Positions 1 to 8,618 of a stretch of DNA of 64,000 bases are shown piece by piece. The stretch's first letter is position 1, and the number at the start of each line of letters is the position of its first letter. The position numbers and the translations under genes were made by a program. A model generated the notes under the pieces. It was not told the DNA's origin and did not search any database. It was given only the letters and a program-made list of their open reading frames with translations. This DNA comes from Candidatus Margulisiibacteriota bacterium (lineage in GTDB: Bacteria; Margulisbacteria; Marinamargulisbacteria; UBA817), in contig JADHOE010000001.1 in assembly GCA_016779165.1 (NCBI GenBank), positions 1,084 through 65,083 of the forward strand, in the 5' to 3' direction.

Positions 1-46
1 TCATTTTCCGGGCGTCTATCTTCATAATGAAATGAAAATAGACTAA

Positions 47-442
47 CTATTTTTTGTCTTTTGTTTTTTCTATAGCGCAGGTGCTATCAATGCCGCCGCG
101 GGTGTTGTAAATGGTGCTCACCTTTAGGTATTTGGGGGTGAGTAAGTGGTTTAAATCGTTATAAATTCGATTGGTTACGTGCTCTTGGTACATGCCAACA
201 TTTCTGAAGCTGGTGATGTAGTACTTAAGGGACTTAAGCTCAACAATATGTTGGTTGGGTTGGTAATCAATGATTAGTTTTGCGTAATCTGGTAATCCAG
301 AAAACGGGCAAACAGCTGAAAACTCGTTGGTGGTGTAATTAATTTGTTGTGGGTTGCCATCATAGGGAAACGTTTCCAGTAGATCCCCTCGTAGGGCGGA
401 CTCGTTTTCAAATGGTAATGTTAATCCTTCAGCAATGGCCAT
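47..442 (-). CDS. queF: NADPH-dependent 7-cyano-7-deazaguanine (preQ0) reductase QueF, type I
   Basis: 131-aa ORF with QueF-characteristic motifs, including the Cys-containing 'FSAVCPFSGLPDYA' and 'ELKSLKYYITSFRN'; queC is located nearby. Confidence 0.8.
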   Translation of the reverse strand: MAIAEGLTLPFENESALRGDLLETFPYDGNPQQINYTTNEFSAVCPFSGLPDYAKLIIDYQPNQHIVELKSLKYYITSFRNVGMYQEHVTNRIYNDLNHLLTPKYLKVSTIYNTRGGIDSTCAIEKTKDKK

Positions 443-556
443 TTTCTGATTATTTCGAAATGCTGGAAGCTTGTCAAGTAAGTATGCGCTATGGTTATTT
501 AAGTAAAAAAGGGGGCTTGTCAGATACTCAATCTTTTGTAAAAATAATATACATAG

Positions 557-631
557 CGCGGGGTGGAGCAGTGGTAGCTTGTCGGGCTCATAACCCGAAG
601 GTCGCAGGTTCGAGTCCTGCCCCCGCTACCA
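557..631 (+). tRNA. initiator tRNA-fMet (anticodon CAT)
   Basis: 75-nt sequence almost identical to E. coli tRNA-fMet (CGCGGGGTGGAGCAG...GGGCTCATAACCCGAAGGTCGCAGGTTCGAGTCCTGCCCCCGCTACCA). Initiator marks present: unpaired C1:T72, three G-C pairs in the anticodon stem, encoded CCA end. Confidence 0.9.
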
Positions 632-742
632 ATATAACCTATGCTCCTTTTGATCTTAAATGATTCTCTAAACATTTAGGGCTTGTATGTCTAATTAGAA
701 AAAAAGAACCATATTGTTTGACTTGTAGAACAAATAACTCGG

Positions 743-1597
743 TTATTTATTTTTATCGCATTGGTGGACGTTTTCTGACACGTCTTTTTTTAACAATAAA
801 ATACCCTTACTATCTTCTGTAAAACTTACACCCAAATCGGGATCAACGTTTTCAGGCGTTCCACACTTATCATCTTTAAGCTCATAAACATCATATTCGT
901 CACGATACTTTTCTGTACTAAAATCACGTAAAAAAGCTTGGTGCTCATGAGGAAGTTGAGTCCAAAAAAGGATGGCCTTTGCATTCAGTTTTTTGATTTT
1001 TTCATGTAAATCAAAGTCTTTTACCCCTTTGTAGTTTTTTTTTGGAGACGGTAGAACTAACAAATCTATTGTTGGGTTGTCGGGGTCTATGTCGGCTGCG
1101 TTTAAATCTGAAAAAGATTGAGTGTCATAATTAATATCTATATCCGATTTGCTATTTTTTAATAAATACCCATGCAAACTACTTCCGTGCTCCAGTCGAG
1201 GATAATTTAACTCGTTACACACAAATTTAGCGTTTGGTAAAACGGATAGGGCAAAAATAGCTTCTGGACATAGCCCAGAAAACCCAATAAGAACATTCTT
1301 TGGGGGGCTTTTAAGCTGTTTAAGTACTAAGTTAAAAAACTTATTAGTTATACATTGTCGCCTCTTATCATAAGCCTGTTTAACATCTAAACACCAAAAA
1401 CTTCCATTCAATTCCCTCTCATTAAATAATTCTGATTGTTTGGTAGACATTTTAGGGGGTGGGCATTTAGTTGTATTAAGCTTTTTTTGAAGTCCTTCAA
1501 GACGGCGTTGAGTTTTGTTAGGACCTTTGGCGTTTGTGGGATAAGGAAACACAGCTGAAGATGCAACAACTGCAAGGGCCAAAGCTTTCCTAAGCAT
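743..1597 (-). CDS. hypothetical secreted protein (N-terminal signal peptide), no recognisable domain
   Basis: 284-aa ORF with signal-peptide-like N-terminus MLRKALALAVVASSAVFPYPTNA. Lower GC than neighbours; located next to the tRNA gene. Confidence 0.5.
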   Translation of the reverse strand: MLRKALALAVVASSAVFPYPTNAKGPNKTQRRLEGLQKKLNTTKCPPPKMSTKQSELFNERELNGSFWCLDVKQAYDKRRQCITNKFFNLVLKQLKSPPKNVLIGFSGLCPEAIFALSVLPNAKFVCNELNYPRLEHGSSLHGYLLKNSKSDIDINYDTQSFSDLNAADIDPDNPTIDLLVLPSPKKNYKGVKDFDLHEKIKKLNAKAILFWTQLPHEHQAFLRDFSTEKYRDEYDVYELKDDKCGTPENVDPDLGVSFTEDSKGILLLKKDVSENVHQCDKNK

Positions 1598-1779
1598 ATT
1601 GTTCCCTTAAATCACTGCCATAAATGTTACCAAAATCTATAGTTTTATCTACCATTGGTTTAATCTCACTCGAAAAGTAGTATATATCAAATGTAAATAA
1701 TTTTGTAGATTACGATCTTTTTAGGGTTGGTTTTTTACTAGATATGGACAAATAAACCACATCTAATTACCATTTTTAA

Positions 1780-2460
1780 ATGGAGAAAGCGATTGTGTTG
1801 TTGTCTGGCGGACAGGACTCTGCAACTTGTTTGGCCATTGCACAGCAAACGTATTCCGATATTACGTGTGTATGCTTTGATTATGGTCAGCGTCATCGGA
1901 TTGAAATCGAGTATTCAAAGCAGTTGGCGGCGTTGGCTGAAAGCGATTTTCAGTGCATTGATGTTCGGTTTATGGCCGATTTGTCAGCCTCTGCACTGAT
2001 TCATTCTGACCAGGCCATTACTCATGCCGAGGGTGCCCTTCCCAGCACCTTTGTGCCGGGCCGAAATGCCCTATTTTTAACAGTTGCTGCCATGGTGGCT
2101 GCTCAGAAAGGGGCCAATGTTATTGTTACAGGGGTTTGTCAAACCGATTTTTCGGGGTACCCTGATTGCCGAGACGTTTTTATTCAATTGCAAGAACAAA
2201 CAATTAATGCGGCCATGGATATAAATCTAAAAATTGAAACCCCCCTGATGCATTTAACCAAAGCAGAAACCGTATTAAAAATGAAAGACATGGGGCGCAT
2301 GGATTGGTATGCATTGACCCACACCTGTTATGATGGGGCTCGACCGGCGTGTGGCACTTGCCCCGCCTGTAAATTGCGCTTGGCTGGGTTTTTATCGGCA
2401 GGCATCAGTGACCCCTTGCCCTATCGACAAGGTGATGGCAGTGATCAATTCGGCACTTAG
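1780..2460 (+). CDS. queC: 7-cyano-7-deazaguanine synthase QueC
   Basis: N-terminal PP-loop 'LLSGGQDS' and C-terminal zinc-binding Cys cluster 'CGTCPACKLR'. Length 226 aa. Confidence 0.9.
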   Translation: MEKAIVLLSGGQDSATCLAIAQQTYSDITCVCFDYGQRHRIEIEYSKQLAALAESDFQCIDVRFMADLSASALIHSDQAITHAEGALPSTFVPGRNALFLTVAAMVAAQKGANVIVTGVCQTDFSGYPDCRDVFIQLQEQTINAAMDINLKIETPLMHLTKAETVLKMKDMGRMDWYALTHTCYDGARPACGTCPACKLRLAGFLSAGISDPLPYRQGDGSDQFGT

Positions 2461-2465
2461 AGTGA

Positions 2466-2909
2466 TTAAAGCGCTTTATGTTTAAAGGATCGATCCAACG
2501 AGCGTTTCAGCTCTCTGTCTTTAATGCTGGCGCGTTTATCAAATTGTTTTTTAGAGCTTCCAATACCAATTTCAACTTTAATTCGTTGATTTTTGAAATA
2601 TAATTTTGTTGGTACCGCTTGCAAACCATCCCGTTCCAGTTGACTTATCAGTTTAGTAATTTGTTTTCGATGCAATAATAGTTTTCGATTTCGATTTTGA
2701 GGTGGGTTTTCTCGATTACCTTGCGCGTATGGCAGGATATTGGCGTTCATTAGATACACATCATTATTAATGATGCGTATAAAGCTTTCATGAATGGTTA
2801 TATGACCATTCCGAATGGACTTTACCTCGCAGCCAACCAAACATATCCCTGCCTCAACAGTTTCTTTTATCGTTAGATTGAAGTACGCTTTTTTATTTTT
2901 AATGATCAC
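2466..2909 (-). CDS. smpB: SsrA-binding protein SmpB
   Basis: 147 aa; conserved SmpB N-terminus (KNKKA...EAGI.L.G.EVKS) and C-terminal basic tail. Confidence 0.9.
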   Translation of the reverse strand: MIIKNKKAYFNLTIKETVEAGICLVGCEVKSIRNGHITIHESFIRIINNDVYLMNANILPYAQGNRENPPQNRNRKLLLHRKQITKLISQLERDGLQAVPTKLYFKNQRIKVEIGIGSSKKQFDKRASIKDRELKRSLDRSFKHKAL

Positions 2910-2963
2910 AATGCTGTTTAATTATGTCATGATTTCTGAATTTCAATCAATACAGTGATTGAA

Positions 2964-4070
2964 TTACAGTCGTAGGTATTGGCTTGGGTTAACTGGTGTT
3001 CCATTCTCTCGGATTTCAAAATGCAGGTGAGGCCCAGTGGAGTAACCGGTCGACCCAACATAGCCAATCAGTTGTCCTTTATCCACCATTTGCCCTTTAC
3101 GGACAAGAATTTTCCATTGGTGCGCATAGAGTGACGATATTTTTTTGTTTTGTTTCCAGCCATGGTCAATAATGGTGACATTCCCATACCCTTTTTTGAA
3201 CCCAGAAAACAATACCTTCCCAGAATCTGCAGCCTTGATTCTGTAGCCTCTCGGTGCAGCAAAGTCCATGCCATTGTGCATGCGACGTCGCTTAAAAATA
3301 GGATGGCGCCGTAACCCAAAACGCGATGAAATATACCCGCCAACTGGGCGCAAATAGGCCCCTGTGCCGTAGTAGACTTTATTGCCATTACCCGTTCTAT
3401 TTTGAATAAACTTGCTTAATTGTTGAGATTCCTCGCGCAATAATTTATTGCGCCTTTCGTATTTTTCTAGTTCGCCTCGAAGCGATGTTAAGTTTTTTTG
3501 AAACCGACGTTTGGTGTCTTTTAGTTCATATCGCTGTTTCATGATAGTCTGTTTCAGTTCATTAGCTTTTGTTCGGCTTAATTCTAGTTTTTTCTTATTG
3601 ATTTTATGTGTGTTAATACGTTCTCTGGCATTCACCAACTCAAAATACTCGTTTTCGATGATTTTTTCGTAGAAGTACATGTTGTTCAATAGCGACGAAA
3701 AAGACTCTGAATTAAATAGTAATTGAATCACAGGACGGTTTTGCTCTTTATACAATCTCGCAATTTTTTGGGTTAGGTATTGCTTGGTTTTTATGAGGTT
3801 CGCTTCTTCATTTTTTAATTTGGTTTCAGTATCTTTAATTTGCTGATGGTAACTATTGTAGCGATAAAATGCATTGTTTAGTTTCCGTTGGGTCATGTAT
3901 ATGTTTTTTCTTAAGTTACCTAATTCTTTAAGAATTGATTTTTCTTTTTTCTTTTTCTGTTTAATGATTAAGTTGTTCTTTTGAAGTTCTCGTTGAATAT
4001 CCGCGCCATTTTCTAGGGCAAATAAATGAGAAAAACAGACGACAATACTAATTAAAATTAAGTGGTACAT
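2964..4070 (-). CDS. M23-family peptidase with long coiled-coil domain (EnvC/NlpD-like murein hydrolase activator)
   Basis: Signal peptide, Lys/Glu-rich coiled-coil middle region, C-terminal LytM/M23 domain ('GYVGSTGYSTGPHLHFEIRENGTPVNP'). Confidence 0.85.
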   Translation of the reverse strand: MYHLILISIVVCFSHLFALENGADIQRELQKNNLIIKQKKKKEKSILKELGNLRKNIYMTQRKLNNAFYRYNSYHQQIKDTETKLKNEEANLIKTKQYLTQKIARLYKEQNRPVIQLLFNSESFSSLLNNMYFYEKIIENEYFELVNARERINTHKINKKKLELSRTKANELKQTIMKQRYELKDTKRRFQKNLTSLRGELEKYERRNKLLREESQQLSKFIQNRTGNGNKVYYGTGAYLRPVGGYISSRFGLRRHPIFKRRRMHNGMDFAAPRGYRIKAADSGKVLFSGFKKGYGNVTIIDHGWKQNKKISSLYAHQWKILVRKGQMVDKGQLIGYVGSTGYSTGPHLHFEIRENGTPVNPSQYLRL

Positions 4071-4237
4071 AGTGAATTAAATCAGTGGTTGAAACAATTA
4101 ATGTTTCCTTGATTGTACAATGAATTTATAAATTAATCTCATGAATATGTAAGCATGAACGTGGTTTTTTTTCAAACGGATCAACAAGTCAGAGTTTTAA
4201 GTTTGGTCATAACCATGAACGTTTAAGGGGGGCTACC

Positions 4238-5869
4238 CTAGGCTGATTGTTCCCCTACATTCTTAGACGGCAGTTTGCGTTTGGACCGTTGGAAGGTTAA
4301 TGCAAACCGGTGGGCTTCATCCCGAACATAGCGCAGTAAGTTTAACCCAGCATGGTGGTACGCCAATCGTATAGGTGATGGGTTAAATGGGCTAAAAATG
4401 GTTTCATTTTTTTTTGCCAATGAAATGCAATTAATAAATGATGGGCTTGATTTTAATGCGTCCATTGCGGCATTTAGCTGGCCTTTTCCACCATCAATTA
4501 ATAAAAGGTCTGGCATAAAGGCATAATGCTTTAGCAGGCGGCTGACGGTTTCTTTCATGGCTTTTACATCGTCACTTTTTCCTGTGGTTATGGATGTAAT
4601 GTTGAAGTGCCTGTACCATTTCTTTGCAGGTGCGCCATCGATAAACACAACCACTGAGCTTACAATTTGGGTGCCGTAGTAGTGCGAAATATCACACCCA
4701 AAAATAATGCTGGGGAGTGTTGTTAGGTTAAGATCGGTTTCTAATTGGCGCAAAACCGATGCCGCCTGTGGTGTGTGGGCATGCTTTGAAATGCCAATTA
4801 GTGATTTTTGCGCATTTAATTGGGCAATGGTGAGCAGTTCATGGTATCGCCCTTTCTTGGGAGATATATAAGTGGTCGATTTTTTTGTGTCATCCAATGC
4901 ATGTTTAGCCAATGGGGCATACGACGCATCAATAACCACCACATGCTTGTTTGGCAGTGTGGTGCCCAGTTGTTGGAAAAAAGAGGCCACAAATGATTCG
5001 TGAGGTGTATGCTTGGCGGCGTAATGCCCTTGTTGAGAAACGAATCGTTTATTGGAGAAGTGCTGGCAAACCACGTAATGGTAATGCTCGTTAGATGAAA
5101 ACCCAATGATAAAATGATCGGTATTTGTTTCCAAGTCCACGTGCTGTTGTTGCTGTATAGCCTCGAGTACCTGGATATGGTCCCTTAGTTTGGCTGCTTT
5201 TTCATACGCGTGCTGTTTCGCATGGTTGTGCATGTCGGCTCTTAGGGCGTCAATGACGAGCTGGCTTTTTCCGGACAATAACAGGATGCATTGTTGAATC
5301 AGGTGGTTGTACTCGTCGTTGCAGGATTTAATTATGCATGGCCCAATGCACTTTCCAATATCCAATTTGATGCATTTTTTTTGGTGGGTCACTGCATCAA
5401 TGGCCTGTTTGCAATCGCGTATTGGAAAAATATCGGTCAATAGTTTAATTAGTTTTCGTGGCGATCCGGCCGAAGTGAACGGCCCAAAATACTTTCCCCC
5501 ATCATTTTTTTTTGTGCGCGTGATGATGATTCTTGGAAACGGTTCATTCATGGTGATTTTAATGTAGGGGTAGGTTTTATCGTCTTTTAGAAGGACATTG
5601 AACCTGGGTTGGTGCCGTTTAATGAGCTCGTTTTCAAGCAGCAAGGCCTCGTGCTCTGTTTTTGTAATTATGGGGGTAATGGATGCAATTTGTTTAACCA
5701 ATAGATGGGTTTTGTATTGCCGTTTCCCAACAAAATATTGCGACACTCTTTTTTTAATGTTTTTGGCTTTTCCTATGTAAATAATGGTGCCAAATCGATC
5801 TCGCATTTGGTACACCCCAGGGTGATTTGGTAGGTCTTTGACCAGCAATTTTGCAGACAAGGCATCCAT
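4238..5869 (-). CDS. uvrC: excinuclease ABC subunit C (UvrC)
   Basis: N-terminal GIY-YIG nuclease motif ('GVYQMRD...IIYIGKAKNIKKRVSQYF'); UvrBC-interaction and RNaseH-like endonuclease regions present. 543 aa, slightly shorter than typical UvrC. Confidence 0.9.
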   Translation of the reverse strand: MDALSAKLLVKDLPNHPGVYQMRDRFGTIIYIGKAKNIKKRVSQYFVGKRQYKTHLLVKQIASITPIITKTEHEALLLENELIKRHQPRFNVLLKDDKTYPYIKITMNEPFPRIIITRTKKNDGGKYFGPFTSAGSPRKLIKLLTDIFPIRDCKQAIDAVTHQKKCIKLDIGKCIGPCIIKSCNDEYNHLIQQCILLLSGKSQLVIDALRADMHNHAKQHAYEKAAKLRDHIQVLEAIQQQQHVDLETNTDHFIIGFSSNEHYHYVVCQHFSNKRFVSQQGHYAAKHTPHESFVASFFQQLGTTLPNKHVVVIDASYAPLAKHALDDTKKSTTYISPKKGRYHELLTIAQLNAQKSLIGISKHAHTPQAASVLRQLETDLNLTTLPSIIFGCDISHYYGTQIVSSVVVFIDGAPAKKWYRHFNITSITTGKSDDVKAMKETVSRLLKHYAFMPDLLLIDGGKGQLNAAMDALKSSPSFINCISLAKKNETIFSPFNPSPIRLAYHHAGLNLLRYVRDEAHRFALTFQRSKRKLPSKNVGEQSA

Positions 5870-5944
5870 TTAAATCATAGTAGTTGATTTTTTATGATTA
5901 ATCACCCATAAATTGGTGAGGACAACCGAACGAGTAAATTATGC

Positions 5945-6619
5945 TTATTCTGTTGGCTCTGAATCGGAGACTGCTAACTCAATGTCAGCGTGCGCGTCAG
6001 CATCATTGTCTGGTTGAGCATCGGTGACTAAGGTTTCGTCACTATCAGACTGTAACACACTATCTTCAGGTTCATCAGTTTCTTCATCTTCAGGTTCATC
6101 AGTTTCAGATTCATCAAGATGCTCAGATTCAATAATTGCTTCTAACAATTCTGGCTGCTCATCGGATTCGTCTGATTCGATAACAATAGTGAATGTTGCA
6201 AAGATATCTTTTGTGAACTGCGCTCTGCATTGGTAAGTGCCCACATATTTAATGTTACCGTCATCAATAATTACATCACTTGCATTTACAGCAACATCAG
6301 GTAACTCTTTTCGAATCATTTGATTCACAATAACAGAAGGAGTGATGGATCCATATAACTTTCCGTCTCGAGATAATGCCACCATGGTAAAGGACTTGCC
6401 TTCCAGGTTTTTAGCTGTATCTTTAAGTTGTGACCGCTGTTCGGTCACATTGGCAAGGGCTTTATCTTTCATTTGGTCAAATAACTTTTTATTTGCATCT
6501 GATGCGCTTAAGGCAAATCCATTTGGGATTAAATAATTGACCGCGTAGCCAGTGGCCACATCAATGGTGTCACCAAAAGTTCCTTTACGTTTAAGATCTT
6601 TAATTAATATAACTTCCAT
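5945..6619 (-). CDS. rplI: 50S ribosomal protein L9 with unusual ~75-aa acidic C-terminal extension
   Basis: L9 N-domain 'MEVILIKDLKRKGTFGDTIDVATGYAVNYLIPNGFA'. Start chosen at the ATG at 6619, preceded by AGGAA, rather than the ORF-track start at 6745. The tail is rich in D/E/S/T (ESDESDEQPELL...SDSEPTE). Confidence 0.85.
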   Translation of the reverse strand: MEVILIKDLKRKGTFGDTIDVATGYAVNYLIPNGFALSASDANKKLFDQMKDKALANVTEQRSQLKDTAKNLEGKSFTMVALSRDGKLYGSITPSVIVNQMIRKELPDVAVNASDVIIDDGNIKYVGTYQCRAQFTKDIFATFTIVIESDESDEQPELLEAIIESEHLDESETDEPEDEETDEPEDSVLQSDSDETLVTDAQPDNDADAHADIELAVSDSEPTE

Positions 6620-6629
6620 AGGTAATTCC

Positions 6630-6884
6630 TTAATCGGCACAGTAGGGGAGTAATCCCAAATTACGTGCGCGTTTGATGGCGTTGGATACAATCCGCTGCT
6701 TTTTTGCTGATACACCCGTATTACGTCGGGGCAAAATCTTGCCACGGTCGCTTATAAACCGCTTTAAAAAATCAATGTCATTGTGATCAAGAACATTTAT
6801 TTGATCAATGGTAAGCGGGCACGGGCGCTTTTTGCGTCGCTTGAACTGCTTTGAAGAATCTTTTGTTTTAAATTGAGTGGCCAC
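6630..6884 (-). CDS. rpsR: 30S ribosomal protein S18
   Basis: 84 aa; conserved S18 core ([10 protein letters not shown]...[26 protein letters not shown]...AIKRAR.LGLLPY). Confidence 0.9.
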   Translation of the reverse strand: MATQFKTKDSSKQFKRRKKRPCPLTIDQINVLDHNDIDFLKRFISDRGKILPRRNTGVSAKKQRIVSNAIKRARNLGLLPYCAD

Positions 6885-6905
6885 TGGTTTTCCTCCTAAA
6901 ATTTG

Positions 6906-7265
6906 TTACACCAAGTCGAAGCTTGGTACTGATTGTTTATTTGATTGAGGCAAGTCTTGACCTCGGTCGAGCATTTGCATGGTATCGGCAACAATTTCTG
7001 CACTTATCCTCTTTTCACCGTCTTTATCGTATGAGTCAATTTGTAATCGCCCCTCAATGGCAATTAGCTTTCCCTTTTTTAAGTATTGATTGCATATTTC
7101 TGCCAGCCGGCGCCATGCAACCACACGTATAAAGTCAGCGGATTGATTCTCTTGCTTTGGAATTCTATCGACAGCAATACTAAACCTGCAAAGAGCAACA
7201 CCAGAAGGTGTTAGCCTAAAATCTGGATCACGTACCAATCGACCAATAAGAAATGATTTATTCAT
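6906..7265 (-). CDS. SSB-like OB-fold protein lacking the acidic C-terminal tail (PriB-like/SSB paralog)
   Basis: 119 aa; OB-fold similar to the adjacent ssb (LIGRL..DP..R.TPSG..........A...), but no DIPF-type C-terminal tip. Position between rpsF and rpsR matches the priB locus of proteobacteria. Confidence 0.6.
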   Translation of the reverse strand: MNKSFLIGRLVRDPDFRLTPSGVALCRFSIAVDRIPKQENQSADFIRVVAWRRLAEICNQYLKKGKLIAIEGRLQIDSYDKDGEKRISAEIVADTMQMLDRGQDLPQSNKQSVPSFDLV

Positions 7266-7280
7266 GGTTGTATTATCATA

Positions 7281-7769
7281 TTAGAAAGGGACATCTTCTT
7301 CAAGCTCATTTTCGTTCATAGGCTCATGTTTAAAAAAATCAGATTCAGAAATATCGGGGGTGTCAATTGCTTGCATGTTGCTGTTAAAGGCGGCTTCATC
7401 TGATGTGGTCGCTGTGTTTGGGGACTCTTTAGCAGCATGGGTACCGGAAAAAACATCGTTAAGTTTAACCAGTTGCCGTGCCTCAACCTCTGTTGTCCAT
7501 TTTTTCTGGCCAGTGCTGGTATCTTCATAAGAGTCCACTAGAATGCGTCCTTCAACGTAAATCGCGTCATCTTTTTGGAACTGGGTGCATGCATCGGCAC
7601 GTTCACGCCAAGCAACAATGCGAATAAAATCAAAAGCCTCGTTAGGCAAAGACTCAATGCGCGGCACTTTTAACGTGAACTTGGCCAATGCGTGGCCAGA
7701 CGTGGTCGCCTTAACATCGGGTGCGTCTTGTACGGCTCCAATTAATATAATTTTATTGTGAGACGCCAT
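7281..7769 (-). CDS. ssb: single-stranded DNA-binding protein SSB
   Basis: 162 aa; OB-fold N-terminus and canonical acidic C-terminal tip '...ELEEDVPF'. Confidence 0.9.
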   Translation of the reverse strand: MASHNKIILIGAVQDAPDVKATTSGHALAKFTLKVPRIESLPNEAFDFIRIVAWRERADACTQFQKDDAIYVEGRILVDSYEDTSTGQKKWTTEVEARQLVKLNDVFSGTHAAKESPNTATTSDEAAFNSNMQAIDTPDISESDFFKHEPMNENELEEDVPF

Positions 7770-7772
7770 GCG

Positions 7773-8096
7773 TTAACTTACCAACTCTTCAATCTGAGTG
7801 GGGGTTAGAATTTTTGCCATGGTAGAGTTAGTTTGGCGGATGACGGCCTCATTGATTTTAAATTCTTTATGAAGCGCTTCCAAACACTGAATGCTTGCTG
7901 AATATTGGATGCGAATGGCGTAAGCTTGAGTGTGTTTGCGGAACGTATTTGCAAGGTCAATTCGACCATTGAACACACTGGCGTAAATGGTGCCCTTGTG
8001 TGATGTAATGATATCGTTAAGCTTGGTGTGATTGGCTTTTGCTGCATCTTCGCCACCTTCTGTATTGATTAATACTGTTAAATCATAATTTCGCAT
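7773..8096 (-). CDS. rpsF: 30S ribosomal protein S6
   Basis: 107 aa beginning MRNYDLTVLIN; S6 family; first gene of the S6-(ssb)-S18-L9 cluster. Confidence 0.9.
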   Translation of the reverse strand: MRNYDLTVLINTEGGEDAAKANHTKLNDIITSHKGTIYASVFNGRIDLANTFRKHTQAYAIRIQYSASIQCLEALHKEFKINEAVIRQTNSTMAKILTPTQIEELVS

Positions 8097-8217
8097 GAAT
8101 CCTCCAATAATAGTGTCCTAAAAACTGTTTGCTCAACAGTAATTGCATCGTAAGGAGAAAATTATACAATGTCATGGTTATAAATGCTAGAGGCAAATTT
8201 TAAATATGCCTGTTTGA

Positions 8218-8481
8218 CTACCCTCTTTGTAAATTTTTAACTGTGGTGGCTGCTGCTGCTGCTGTTGGTGTTGTTATTGGTAGTGGTGGTGGTGCTGGTG
8301 TTGTTGCTGCTGTTGTTGCTGCTGTTGCTGCTGCTGCTGCTGCGGCTGCTGCTACTGCTGCTGGTGCTGGTGCTGCTGTTGTTGCTGCTGTTGGTATATT
8401 TTGGTTTCCTGTGGAACGATTTGCACCACCACCTAAATATCCCATAAGTCTTGTTAATGCTGCGTTTATTCCGAGTGGCAT
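8218..8481 (-). CDS. small Ala/Thr/Pro-rich low-complexity protein encoded across a GCN trinucleotide repeat (hypothetical)
   Basis: ATG at 8481 preceded by GGAGA. 87 aa: MPLGINAALTRLMGYLGGGANRS... followed by poly-Ala/Thr. Codes through the 8243-8393 repeat. Coding status uncertain. Confidence 0.3.
   Translation of the reverse strand: MPLGINAALTRLMGYLGGGANRSTGNQNIPTAATTAAPAPAAVAAAAAAAAATAATTAATTPAPPPLPITTPTAAAAATTVKNLQRG
8243..8393. repeat. imperfect trinucleotide (GCT/GTT/GGT)n simple-sequence repeat, ~150 bp
   Basis: Directly visible run of GCTGCTGCTGTTGGTGTTGTT... units; translates as poly-Ala/Val on one strand and poly-Ala/Thr on the other. Confidence 0.9.
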
Positions 8482-8618
8482 ATGTAATCTCCTTTTTATT
8501 GTTTTTTGTTGTTGTGAATGATTATGCATTCACTAATGTATCGGCATTTTGAAGGAAAAAATTTCATACGGTTTTCAAACGCCCTAAAATTGTTTGTTTA
8601 ATACCGTGGCTATGTTGG

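Noticed and set aside
1598-1779. Possible preQ1 riboswitch upstream of queC (and upstream of queF at 443-556)
   Set aside because: No P1 hairpin followed by an A-rich/CUA tail typical of preQ1-I, and no preQ1-II features. Only AT-rich promoter-like sequence.
2910-2963. Looked for tmRNA (ssrA) next to smpB, and in the 4071-4237 intergenic region
   Set aside because: No tRNA-like acceptor/T-arm or tag-peptide reading frame is visible; the intergenic regions are too short or too AT-simple.
3068-3388. 106-aa ORF antisense within the M23 peptidase gene, and several 60-100-aa ORFs inside nqr genes
   Set aside because: Embedded antisense or alternative-frame ORFs inside confidently assigned genes; no support.
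8243-8393. Repeat region as a candidate CRISPR array
   Set aside because: It is a 3-nt-period simple sequence repeat with no spacer/repeat alternation, and there are no cas genes in the window.
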